A stretch of DNA of 64,000 nt from a virus (taxonomy: Duplodnaviria > Caudoviricetes), in IMG/VR virus record IMGVR_UViG_3300037524_000450, positions 18,784 through 82,783 of that record. One strand, 5' to 3'. A program made the translations under genes and the position numbers. Each line of letters opens with the position of its first letter. Within the stretch, counting starts at the first letter, position 1. The notes below the pieces were generated by a model. It did not search any database. It was not told the DNA's origin and saw only the letters and a list, made by a program, of their open reading frames with translations. This document shows positions 37,896-46,268 of this stretch, one piece after another.

Positions 37896-38294
37896 ATGTC
37901 ATATTTTAGGCATTGGAAATCAACGCATAACGAGCGTAAGCAAGTTGAAAAGGCAAAGGAACAAGGGGCACATGTACGTCGTAAGCGGGGTTTAAGACGC
38001 TTGCCTGACGATTATGATGACAAGGCTTCCTCTAACTACGATGACCGTAACTGGAAAACCCAGTCTAAGCGGCGTAAGCAGTTTAGAGAGGGGATTATTG
38101 AAGCCATTGTTGCTGAGGAAATGCGGCGTACTAGCGACGATATTATGTCTACCCGAGCTATGGTGTGGGCTGTATTAGACAAACCGAATTGGTTAGAAAA
38201 AAATATCAAGGATAAAAAGAAGCGGCATGAGTTATTTATGGCGTCTCTATCCAACGCCGAGAAGAGACTAGCAAAGTTACGACAGACTAGTTGA
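37896..38294 (+). CDS. basic hypothetical phage protein
   Basis: AGGAG RBS. YFRH...RRKR...LPDDYDD...RNWK. Confidence 0.7.
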   Translation: MSYFRHWKSTHNERKQVEKAKEQGAHVRRKRGLRRLPDDYDDKASSNYDDRNWKTQSKRRKQFREGIIEAIVAEEMRRTSDDIMSTRAMVWAVLDKPNWLEKNIKDKKKRHELFMASLSNAEKRLAKLRQTS

Positions 38295-38319
38295 CAACAC
38301 ATAGCACAAGATGTATACT
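38291..38319 (+). promoter_or_regulatory. sigma70-type promoter
   Basis: TTGACA (38291-38296), 17-bp spacer, TATACT (38314-38319). Confidence 0.85.
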
Positions 38320-38324
38320 ATTAA

Positions 38325-38440
38325 TGTGAGTTGGGCGACTCACAAGGTTCGCAAAGGCTGGTAACGCAATGTTATCAGCACCCTCCTGAGAGACGGTGGC
38401 CTGGGCTTTCCTCCTTTCCCCCAGGCCACCAATTTTTTTG
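38325..38440 (+). ncRNA. putative ~115-nt structured small RNA
   Basis: Has its own promoter, three stem-loops (7, 9 with one G-U, and 11 bp), a terminal U-tract and no plausible ORF. Confidence 0.6.
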
Positions 38441-38442
38441 TC

Positions 38443-38471
38443 TTGACAAACCACCCAAGGGAGATTATACT
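38443..38471 (+). promoter_or_regulatory. sigma70-type promoter, likely giving a leaderless mRNA
   Basis: TTGACA (38443-38448), 17 bp, TATACT (38466-38471). ATG lies 6 nt later at 38478. Confidence 0.8.
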
Positions 38472-38477
38472 GATAAT

Positions 38478-39083
38478 ATGGACAAGAAATACTTTCGTAC
38501 TGAAACCGGTAAGCTTGCTTCTAAACCACTGTTGGACCCGCCAAAGCATGTTGGGTACACTTCAGACACAGTCGTGAAGATTGAGTTTGGAATCTCCAAG
38601 TGTAGATTCGTCACTCCGTATCCTAAGGCTTTGGATAACGCTCTCTCTGCCCCACACCCAGGGTATGTGTTCACTCCCTCTTTCAAGGCAGGACACTGGG
38701 ATGGAATGCACCACTTCATTACTCGGGTTGGGTATTTTCCCACAGGGCTTTTACCTGTAGTAATTCACATCTTAAAAACGGGAAATAACCCGTTAATTGA
38801 CGAGGATAAAGACGGGTATAAAGTGTTGAAAAATCCCGTTAAAAGTGTGGAGGTAATCCCACTGAAAGAAGCGGAGAAATTCTACTACCCAGGGCTGGAG
38901 AATTATTACGAAAATCGGTTCTCTCTCTTGGAGAACCTGACCCCCGAAACAGGGGAATTTACCTTCCCTAAAGAGTTGCTAAAGGAGTGGTTAAAAGTGA
39001 AGAATTCCAACCCCTTGACCCCTCAAGTTTTAGGTTTGGCCGCTTCTCTTCACGAGAACTCTAAAAATGACCCTCCTCTATAA
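38478..39083 (+). CDS. stand-alone UvsW-type N-terminal domain protein
   Basis: HPGYVFTPSFKAGHWDG...FPTGLL matches the N-terminal domain of T4 UvsW-like helicases. Confidence 0.7.
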   Translation: MDKKYFRTETGKLASKPLLDPPKHVGYTSDTVVKIEFGISKCRFVTPYPKALDNALSAPHPGYVFTPSFKAGHWDGMHHFITRVGYFPTGLLPVVIHILKTGNNPLIDEDKDGYKVLKNPVKSVEVIPLKEAEKFYYPGLENYYENRFSLLENLTPETGEFTFPKELLKEWLKVKNSNPLTPQVLGLAASLHENSKNDPPL

Positions 39084-39245
39084 TAACACTAAACTTCGCG
39101 TGCGCCACGCGCACGCGAGCGCAGAGATAGGAGGTATTACCGTAAGGTAATACCGAGTATCTTGAGCAGGGGTAAAGTAAAGGGATAGGGTAGGACATTC
39201 TACTGATATAGTAAACGTCCTTAGGGGAAGGGGAACCCATAGGGG

Positions 39246-39274
39246 TTGACAAATCCACCAGCAGGGTGTACATT
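39246..39274 (+). promoter_or_regulatory. sigma70-type promoter
   Basis: TTGACA (39246-39251), 17 bp, TACATT (39269-39274). GGAGG RBS and ATG 39291 follow. Confidence 0.75.
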
Positions 39275-39290
39275 GAGTTTTGGAGGGTCC

Positions 39291-40586
39291 ATGAGTCTAG
39301 CCCAGCTCAAGGTTTCAAGTTGGCAGCAAATAGCTGATTTCTTTCCAGGTTTGAATCTTTTGGCCGAACTTGAAAACAAAAACCAAATCGAATTCCGTTC
39401 CTACCAAGCCCTTGCAGTTCTCAGCACAATTTTTTCAGGTTACCGTGGAGTTATTCGTTCTGCCACAGGAAGTGGTAAAACTTTAATTTCTGCAGCAATC
39501 TGTGGTTCTCTTCTCCCAAAGAAATCTTTGGTGATGATTCACGGAAAAGAATTAGTCGCACAAACTTACAAAGCTTTTTGTACTTTTCTCGGAAAAGAAA
39601 ACGTTGGAATCATTTCTTCGGAAGATTTTGAACCAGGAAATGTAACTGTTGCTTCCATTGACACCTTCAGTTTTTATCTCGGAGATGTTCCTCGTAAACG
39701 TACTGGTGTTCCAGTCATGGACCCAAAGAAGTTTGAATCTCTCCAGGAACAATTCAAAGCTATTCTCGAAAGTGGTGTAGACATGCTTGTTTTTGATGAA
39801 GTACACCACGGTTCAGCAGAAACTTGGCAGGACGTTGGGAAGACAACGAAAGCTTATTACCGGGTGGGTTTGAGTGGGACTCCGTTGAAGCATGATGAGC
39901 TTTCAGACATGCTCATGATGTCCCTGGTGGGACCAGTTATTTTTGATCTTAATGCCCCTTGGCTCCAGAAAGAGGGATACCTTGCTCAAGCAGAACTGGA
40001 GATCAGATACCTAGATTTCACTACACCAAAAACCAGAACATACAATTGGCAGGATGCACGTAAACATCTTTTAGTTGAAAATACTGAAAGAACAGTTACT
40101 ATCGCAAAAGATATCGTAGAAGCAATTCAAAACAAAGATACTCGGCTTTTAGTTTTAACAGGAAATTCTGTAGAGCTTGCAGAATCACTTTACGAAGAAG
40201 TTGAAGCTCTTTGTTACCCACTCGTGAAGAAGCTGGGTTTCAAACCTTACACGATGGTAAACGGGACTATGGCAAGCCGTAAGGTTTCAAAAGCATTTAA
40301 TGATCTTCGTAAAGGAAATGTTCGTTGTGTAATCACTACAAAGCTGGCAGACGAAGGCATCGACGTTCCAGACATCAACCTCCTCTACCTCGTCGGCGGG
40401 GGTAAGGCATACGTTTCAACCGTACAGCGTATTGGGCGTGGTCTCCGAGTCAAGAGTGACAACGACCACCTTCTTGTGGTAGACTATTTCACTCGGGGTA
40501 ACAAGTACCTCGAAAAGCATGACCGCGCCCGGTTGAAGACCTACGAAAACGAAGAGTTTTTCAGGGAGATAACCATCCATGAGTAA
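39291..40586 (+). CDS. SF2 DEAD/DEAH-like DNA helicase core (UvsW-like)
   Basis: Q motif FRSYQ, Walker A ATGSGKT, DEVHH, motif III SGTP, EGIDVP and QRIGRGLR. Confidence 0.93.
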   Translation: MSLAQLKVSSWQQIADFFPGLNLLAELENKNQIEFRSYQALAVLSTIFSGYRGVIRSATGSGKTLISAAICGSLLPKKSLVMIHGKELVAQTYKAFCTFLGKENVGIISSEDFEPGNVTVASIDTFSFYLGDVPRKRTGVPVMDPKKFESLQEQFKAILESGVDMLVFDEVHHGSAETWQDVGKTTKAYYRVGLSGTPLKHDELSDMLMMSLVGPVIFDLNAPWLQKEGYLAQAELEIRYLDFTTPKTRTYNWQDARKHLLVENTERTVTIAKDIVEAIQNKDTRLLVLTGNSVELAESLYEEVEALCYPLVKKLGFKPYTMVNGTMASRKVSKAFNDLRKGNVRCVITTKLADEGIDVPDINLLYLVGGGKAYVSTVQRIGRGLRVKSDNDHLLVVDYFTRGNKYLEKHDRARLKTYENEEFFREITIHE

Positions 40587-41322
40587 TATGCTCTTTAATT
40601 ATGATCCTCCCGACTATACCGTGGGGGATGATGATTACAACGAGTGTAGGAACCTGGATGAAGTAAGGGCGCTCAGGCTCACAAAGACCTATGCTGACTT
40701 CGTTCGCCAGCGGTATCGGGGTGACGTTGAATTCAAATTCCGTAATTTCAAGCCCGACAAGAAGGGCAAGTCTTTCAGAACAATGCCCCTGTACAAAAAC
40801 CTTAGAACCTATGTCTTGGACAAGTTGCCCGAGGGTAAGGAAGCATACTTTATCGCTTTCGTGTTCGAGAGTTGGGACAAGCGTAGAAATAATATCGGAA
40901 GGTTGGAACGAGCAGGTTTTAATATAACGGGTGTTGCTTACCCCTCGTGGAAGTACATCATCGACAACCACGAAGAGCTTATTCAAAACTTCTTGAACAA
41001 CAAGAATTACGCCCCTAAAGAGTTTATCCCTAAGGATGACTTCATTGCCAACTACAGCGAGGCCATAGAAGCTCGCATGTTGCGCTGGTGTGACAAGTAT
41101 GGTAAAACACCAAGAGAGTACTGGCTCACGGGGAAGAACCTCTTCCCCCCGTTCTTGAGTTCTAAGGAATTCCCTTACGCCTGTAAGCACAAGGACGGTC
41201 TTGAGACTTATGCTAAGGACATCAAGAAGCAATTTGACATCACCCTGGAGGAGTTGAAAGAGTTTATTGAAGCACTCGAAGAAGCTGAGAGAGAACAGAT
41301 AGACGCCCAGCTAAAAAGATAA
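40579..41322 (+). CDS. hypothetical replication-associated protein (possible helicase loader)
   Basis: 247 aa between the two helicase genes. Function is inferred from position only. Confidence 0.65.
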   Translation: MSNMLFNYDPPDYTVGDDDYNECRNLDEVRALRLTKTYADFVRQRYRGDVEFKFRNFKPDKKGKSFRTMPLYKNLRTYVLDKLPEGKEAYFIAFVFESWDKRRNNIGRLERAGFNITGVAYPSWKYIIDNHEELIQNFLNNKNYAPKEFIPKDDFIANYSEAIEARMLRWCDKYGKTPREYWLTGKNLFPPFLSSKEFPYACKHKDGLETYAKDIKKQFDITLEELKEFIEALEEAEREQIDAQLKR

Positions 41323-41363
41323 TACTCAGGAGTATAATACTTTGCCGTAGAAAAGGAGATTCC

Positions 41364-42776
41364 GTGGCAAGCAATTTGGAAACCTTCTCGACCGAGTTCA
41401 AGCGTGATTGTCTAGCGTTCTTCTTGAATGACAGCCTCGCAGCCAAGACTGCGTTGACTCACCTACCCGATGACTTCTTTGACTTTGACCCGGAGTATGC
41501 CATCATCTTCAGGGCGTTCAAGGAGTTCCTTGAGAAGTACCAAGATCGCCCATCTAGAAATGCCCTTATCGACTACATTACCGATTGGTGTGTCAAGACT
41601 AAGCTTGACGCCCAGAAGACGCAGACTGTTCTTAACGTTCTCGACGTGACCTGGAAGTGGGATGAGTATAACCCGGCATATGTCCGGGATAAGCTTTACG
41701 ATGCCATTAAGGCACACGAAGTGTTCAAGGTGGCCCGTCAAATTGACAGCTTCATCGACAAGGGTAACTACGATGATCTGGTCCAGGCAATGGCCAAGGC
41801 TCGTAGCTGCGTGGACGAGGAAGACCCCGTTATCGAGTACTGGGAAGATACCAACGAGCGCATGACCCGTATTGCCAAGCGACAGTTGAGAGTCATTCCT
41901 ACTGGTATGGCCCCTGTTGACAACCTGCTGAGTGGTGGTCTTGTCCGGGGTGGCATTGGAATGATCCTGGGCGGCTCAGGAAGGGGCAAGACAGCGATCC
42001 TAGGCCAGCTCGCGCTCAAGGCTTCCCTCCAAGGTTTCACGGCAGCCTACGTCACCCTGGAGGCTGGTGCGGACGAAATCATGAGAAGGTGTGACGCTCA
42101 CAACTCCGGAGTTGTTCTCAAAGACATCGCTCTGTCCAAGATCAAGAAGAAGCTGGCCACCAAGCTGTTTGATCTGTACACGCAGAGTAAGACAACCCCT
42201 GGTCCTCTGTACGTCCAGTATTATCCTACCAAGACGATAGGTGTTTCCCAGATTGACGAGTTCGTGTCCCACATCAGGGAGGTCCGTGGACACTCCATTG
42301 ACCTCTTGGTGGTGGACTACTTTGATCTGCTTAAGATGGCGGGTAACTACACCAAGAAGTACGAGGCGCTCGAAGAGAACATCGAGATTCTCCGAGGTGT
42401 CGCAGGCAAGTATGACTTGGCCCTCTGGACAGCTTCCCAGGTCAATCGGAGCGGGCTGGACAAGGAAGTCGTGGACATGGATGACATCGCCAGTGGCTTC
42501 GGTAAGGTCTTCCCCCTTGACCTGCTTATCAGTATCTCCCAGACCAAGCAGGAGAGAGCCAAGAACGTTCTCAGGTTCCACTTCGCCAAGAACCGGCAAG
42601 GTCCGGGTGGAGCCATCGTGTACGTGGAGCCGGATTTCGAGCGTATGCAGTTTACGGCGCTTACGGATGAGGAAGCCGAGCAGAAGGGCCTTTACGACAA
42701 GAAAGCAAAAGCCTCAAAAATGGGGCAGAAACAGCTCCTAGGTCCGACTACGAGCTTTGGCACCCAGGGGCCTTAG
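41364..42776 (+). CDS. dnaB: replicative DnaB-like helicase (T4 gp41-like)
   Basis: IPTG-x3-VD-x2-L-x-GG, Walker A GGSGRGKT, DLLVVDYFDLL, WTASQVNR and AKNRQG. GTG start with AAGGAG. Confidence 0.95.
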   Translation: MASNLETFSTEFKRDCLAFFLNDSLAAKTALTHLPDDFFDFDPEYAIIFRAFKEFLEKYQDRPSRNALIDYITDWCVKTKLDAQKTQTVLNVLDVTWKWDEYNPAYVRDKLYDAIKAHEVFKVARQIDSFIDKGNYDDLVQAMAKARSCVDEEDPVIEYWEDTNERMTRIAKRQLRVIPTGMAPVDNLLSGGLVRGGIGMILGGSGRGKTAILGQLALKASLQGFTAAYVTLEAGADEIMRRCDAHNSGVVLKDIALSKIKKKLATKLFDLYTQSKTTPGPLYVQYYPTKTIGVSQIDEFVSHIREVRGHSIDLLVVDYFDLLKMAGNYTKKYEALEENIEILRGVAGKYDLALWTASQVNRSGLDKEVVDMDDIASGFGKVFPLDLLISISQTKQERAKNVLRFHFAKNRQGPGGAIVYVEPDFERMQFTALTDEEAEQKGLYDKKAKASKMGQKQLLGPTTSFGTQGP

Positions 42777-43802
42777 GTGGCACGGGCAACGAATCCTGAG
42801 CAGCTTGTAGCCCTACTGGACAGGGTCTGGCCAGAACACCCTGTGGAGAAGCAGGGTGAAGAGCATATGGTGAGCTGCCCCTTTTGCGACTCCAGTAAAA
42901 ATAAGTGTGCCGTAAACCCTAAGAAGGGCGTATTCCAGTGCTGGGTGTGTGGGGAGCGTGGGCCAACACTCAAGCTCCTCATGCACCTGTTTGATTTGAG
43001 GCTCATCGAGCAGACAGACATTGACGCTGTGCGTTCCGGGTCAAGTTTAATTAATTTAAGCTCAGTTATCCAGGAGTATAAGTCCAAGAAGAAAAAAGAA
43101 AATTTTTTGTGGAATGAACAGATTCCTTGTGTCTTCCCTCCCAAGACATACCCCATATCTGAGTTTCGTGCTCACAACACGTTGGAGGGAAAGCTCCACA
43201 GGGCAGTTACCAAGTATCTGAAAGGTAGGGGAATGAGTGAGGAGGATATCGCGCTGTACCGGCTCCATTTCTGTATAGCGGTGGATTCCCCTTACTATGC
43301 TCATATCTTCTTCCCGGCGCTTGGGGAGTTTGGGAAGCAGCTCGTGTTCTGGACCACGAGGTCCATTATCCCCAATGCCAACCCCAAGAGCCTGCACTCT
43401 AGCAGGAAGTATTCTCGTTTCTCCGCCAAGCAGATCATGTTCAACCAGCACCTTATAAGCTCCCCTATGGCTATCTGTGAAGGCCCCTTCGACGCTTTCT
43501 CCATTATGAAGGTAACGGGTATCCCTGCAGTTCCCCTGCTGGGGAAGCAGCTTCATGAGTTTCACAGAAATTACATCGAGAGTGTGGGTGTAAAAGAGGT
43601 GTACTTGTGCCTTGATCCGGATGCCAAAGAAGAGCAGGAGAAAGCTGCCAGGGCATTCGTAAGGCAGGGTATAACGCCTTACTTGGTGGAGTTCGAAGAG
43701 GGGGATGCCAACTCTATCGCCCCAGAAAAATTATACGCAGCCTTTCAGGAAGCTGCGTATAAGAAGAGTAACATAGTTACTGATTGGTGTAAGACTGTTT
43801 AG
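42777..43802 (+). CDS. dnaG: DNA primase (zinc finger plus TOPRIM)
   Basis: CPFC...CWVC zinc finger, ICEGPFDA and CLDPDA. Confidence 0.92.
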   Translation: MARATNPEQLVALLDRVWPEHPVEKQGEEHMVSCPFCDSSKNKCAVNPKKGVFQCWVCGERGPTLKLLMHLFDLRLIEQTDIDAVRSGSSLINLSSVIQEYKSKKKKENFLWNEQIPCVFPPKTYPISEFRAHNTLEGKLHRAVTKYLKGRGMSEEDIALYRLHFCIAVDSPYYAHIFFPALGEFGKQLVFWTTRSIIPNANPKSLHSSRKYSRFSAKQIMFNQHLISSPMAICEGPFDAFSIMKVTGIPAVPLLGKQLHEFHRNYIESVGVKEVYLCLDPDAKEEQEKAARAFVRQGITPYLVEFEEGDANSIAPEKLYAAFQEAAYKKSNIVTDWCKTV

Positions 43803-45919
43803 AACCTTCTCCGAGAACGTAATTCTTCTTTGTCTTGTTTGTACTGTAGTCTGTCCATAGCGTCGTTGTAGGCTTCCCGGTGACGGTCTGCTTTCCGTTG
43901 AAGATACTTCTTGTTCCCGGTTACAACGTCTTTGACTTTTTTAGCCCCATACAGAGCGGCTGCTGTGTAGAGTAATTTTTTACCAGTATGCCCACTAGCT
44001 GCCCACTTGGCCCAGTGTCCTACCCCTTTGGCTGCTCCCTTTACAGTCCCTTTTACTGCTTTGCCAACACCCGCTTCAATGTTAGAACCTATCTGGCTTA
44101 GGTTGTTTTGTAGCGAGGTTTCAGTAATGTGTGCGGCTCTACTTCTTAGCATTTCTTTAACCGCCCCAGGAATTGGGTCATCAGTTGCCCGTTTTCTTGG
44201 GGAGTTAAAGTGCCGAGGGGAACGTCTTACCTTTCCTTGGGTAGCCGAAATCCATTGATTTCGTTGATACTGGTTTACATCTTTCATTTGTTTATAGGGG
44301 TTTAACTCAAACCCAGATAAAGCTCCTGCTCCAATAGACTCAGCCACTGGGCGTTTTGCACCAATATTACCAAGTCTGTTTCCTATAGATTGCCCAATTC
44401 CTCCTGCTACTCCAACGGCAGCCGTTTTACCTAATAGTGCAGCCGCCTTCTTTCTTGCAAAGCTTCCCGGTGCTCCGACAGCCCCACGGTACATGGTACC
44501 AAAGAAACCTTCGTACATGTTGTTAATAGTATCGTCTAGGCTTTCTCCGGAGAACGCCCGCTTGATTTTAGTCCCAGCATAACTTAATCCACCGTCAATA
44601 ACGGCTTGTTTAGCCATGCTGCCTGCATGCTTTTTGACAACACCCATAGCAAGGCGACCAATACCACCAAGAACAGCACGCGCTCCAATAGCTCCAGCAG
44701 CGGCTACTGGAGCAATTTCATAAATGTTGTCAATGATGTCTTCTAGACTTTCTGACTTTTTCATAAAGCCTTCTTTTGCTCCCTTGACAGCATTTTTTAA
44801 ATCTTGTGTGGCTTGCCGACGATATGTTTCGCCTCCGCGACCTTCCATACCAACAGCTTTAACTCTTCGCTTGGCAGCATCCCAAGCAGCCGTTGCATGG
44901 GGTTTAACATTTTTCCAAGTATTGCTCGCACTCTTTTTGAGTGTTTTCCAGGCGTGTTCTGCTTGTGGTTTAAAATTTTTCCAAGCAGCATGAATATCAA
45001 ATTCATAGATGTTGTCTACAGTTTCCATAAGTCGGTCACTAACCATGATGTCTTCCTTTCGGGTGTTTGTCTTAGTTGCAGTATTGAGTTTGAACTTACT
45101 TTGGTCTATAGACATACCTACTCTATTTACTGCTTCCGGGTCCATATGCTTAGATACTGCAATCTGAGCATTATATAGTTGGGGGCCTTGTTGTTTTTTA
45201 GCAACCGAACTTTTAGGACGAGCCTCGTCTGGATCGTTATTAATTCTGTCATTCTGTGCTGGGGCTTTTTGATTATTTTGAGCATGGGAAGGAAGGATCG
45301 GCCTATTCATGCCCATAGCTTGACTGGGGTCTTGTTCTTGCCCTAGTCTGTCTGGGGCAAAACTTCCAGTTCTTTCTTTCTTAGCTCTTTTAGCATCATA
45401 TACTTGTTGAGCATAAAGGGGGTTGGAAGCCATTTGAGCTTTGTGGGACATGTAGCCCCCGATAGCCCCTACAATACCTTGAAGAGCAGCAGCACCACCC
45501 ACAGCAGTTAGGGCACCCGTTATAGGATGGTCCAGGTTGTACTGTTTGGCTTGAGATATTTTACCTGCGGTCCACGTATTGGCTCGTGTCCACAGAGAGC
45601 CTTTCTTTTGTGCTGTACTGGTAGCTGCTTCCCGGATATCTCGCATATAACGGTGCATATGTTCTTCTCTTTCTTTTTTGTCCAATTTCTTTTCTCGCCT
45701 TGCTATATCCCTGTCAATAAGAGGGTTTAATAGTGCATCTGAAATTTTAGGAGATATTAACCACCCACCTGCATGGGCACCAATAGCTCGTATTGTCCGG
45801 GCTTGTCTGTGCCCTTTTAGGATCTTTTGCTCCTTAGGCGAAAGCAAATTCACTTGCTTTCTGTTGGCATTGATCCTAATCTTAGGATTATGAGGGTTTT
45901 TAGGGTCTTCTAGAAGCAT
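43799..45919 (-). CDS. basic modular protein, putative protease-processed virion-internal polyprotein
   Basis: The only long minus-strand gene with its own RBS (GGAG before ATG 45919, MLLE...). Three (L/M)E-x3-DN(I/M)YE-type spacers separate cationic amphipathic segments. Confidence 0.75.
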   Translation of the reverse strand: MLLEDPKNPHNPKIRINANRKQVNLLSPKEQKILKGHRQARTIRAIGAHAGGWLISPKISDALLNPLIDRDIARREKKLDKKEREEHMHRYMRDIREAATSTAQKKGSLWTRANTWTAGKISQAKQYNLDHPITGALTAVGGAAALQGIVGAIGGYMSHKAQMASNPLYAQQVYDAKRAKKERTGSFAPDRLGQEQDPSQAMGMNRPILPSHAQNNQKAPAQNDRINNDPDEARPKSSVAKKQQGPQLYNAQIAVSKHMDPEAVNRVGMSIDQSKFKLNTATKTNTRKEDIMVSDRLMETVDNIYEFDIHAAWKNFKPQAEHAWKTLKKSASNTWKNVKPHATAAWDAAKRRVKAVGMEGRGGETYRRQATQDLKNAVKGAKEGFMKKSESLEDIIDNIYEIAPVAAAGAIGARAVLGGIGRLAMGVVKKHAGSMAKQAVIDGGLSYAGTKIKRAFSGESLDDTINNMYEGFFGTMYRGAVGAPGSFARKKAAALLGKTAAVGVAGGIGQSIGNRLGNIGAKRPVAESIGAGALSGFELNPYKQMKDVNQYQRNQWISATQGKVRRSPRHFNSPRKRATDDPIPGAVKEMLRSRAAHITETSLQNNLSQIGSNIEAGVGKAVKGTVKGAAKGVGHWAKWAASGHTGKKLLYTAAALYGAKKVKDVVTGNKKYLQRKADRHREAYNDAMDRLQYKQDKEELRSRRRF

Positions 45920-45966
45920 TCTTGGGACTCCCAACACTATCATAATAAATAAAGTAATGATGTGTG

Positions 45967-46065
45967 TTCTGGGAAAGGTTATTTTTTATGGTCATTTTCC
46001 GTCCCAGAACGCATTCTGGGAATCCCAGAAGGCTTTAGGAGTAATTCCCAAACTTACTTCTGGGA
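45967..46065. repeat. cluster of five TTCTGGGA octamers in both orientations
   Basis: Copies at 45967 (+), 46002 (-), 46014 (+), 46023 (-) and 46058 (+). Confidence 0.85.
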
Positions 46066-46242
46066 ATCTAGGATTTATAAACCCCTGGGGGCCTAGGGAC
46101 GCCCCCCTAAACGGGTGGATTTTTCTAACCTAAACCCACGGAAAATCTGCGAGATTCTGTCTCAAAACCGTTCGCAAGTCGTTTGTTTTCAATAATTAAG
46201 CGAAAATTGAAGTTTCAAGCTATAGTTAATGAAGGGCGAGAA

Positions 46243-46268
46243 CCGCCCAACCGCCCGCCCACCCGCCC
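46243..46268 (-). other. G-quadruplex-forming motif
   Basis: The minus strand reads GGG-C-GGG-T-GGG-C-GGG (46268-46254), with a fifth GGG nearby. Confidence 0.75.

Noticed and set aside
38331-38477. N-terminal extension of the 38331 ORF
   Set aside because: It overlaps the sRNA, terminator and promoter, so the real start is more likely ATG 38478.
39084-39245. Group I intron joining the two helicase ORFs
   Set aside because: It is too short for an obvious catalytic core that I could identify, and the downstream ORF has its own promoter and RBS. It is kept only as an RT-PCR check.
46176-46196. GCAAGTCGTTTGTTTTCAAT as a possible att or dif-like site
   Set aside because: It is a single copy, there is no recombinase in the window, and the resemblance is too weak to support.
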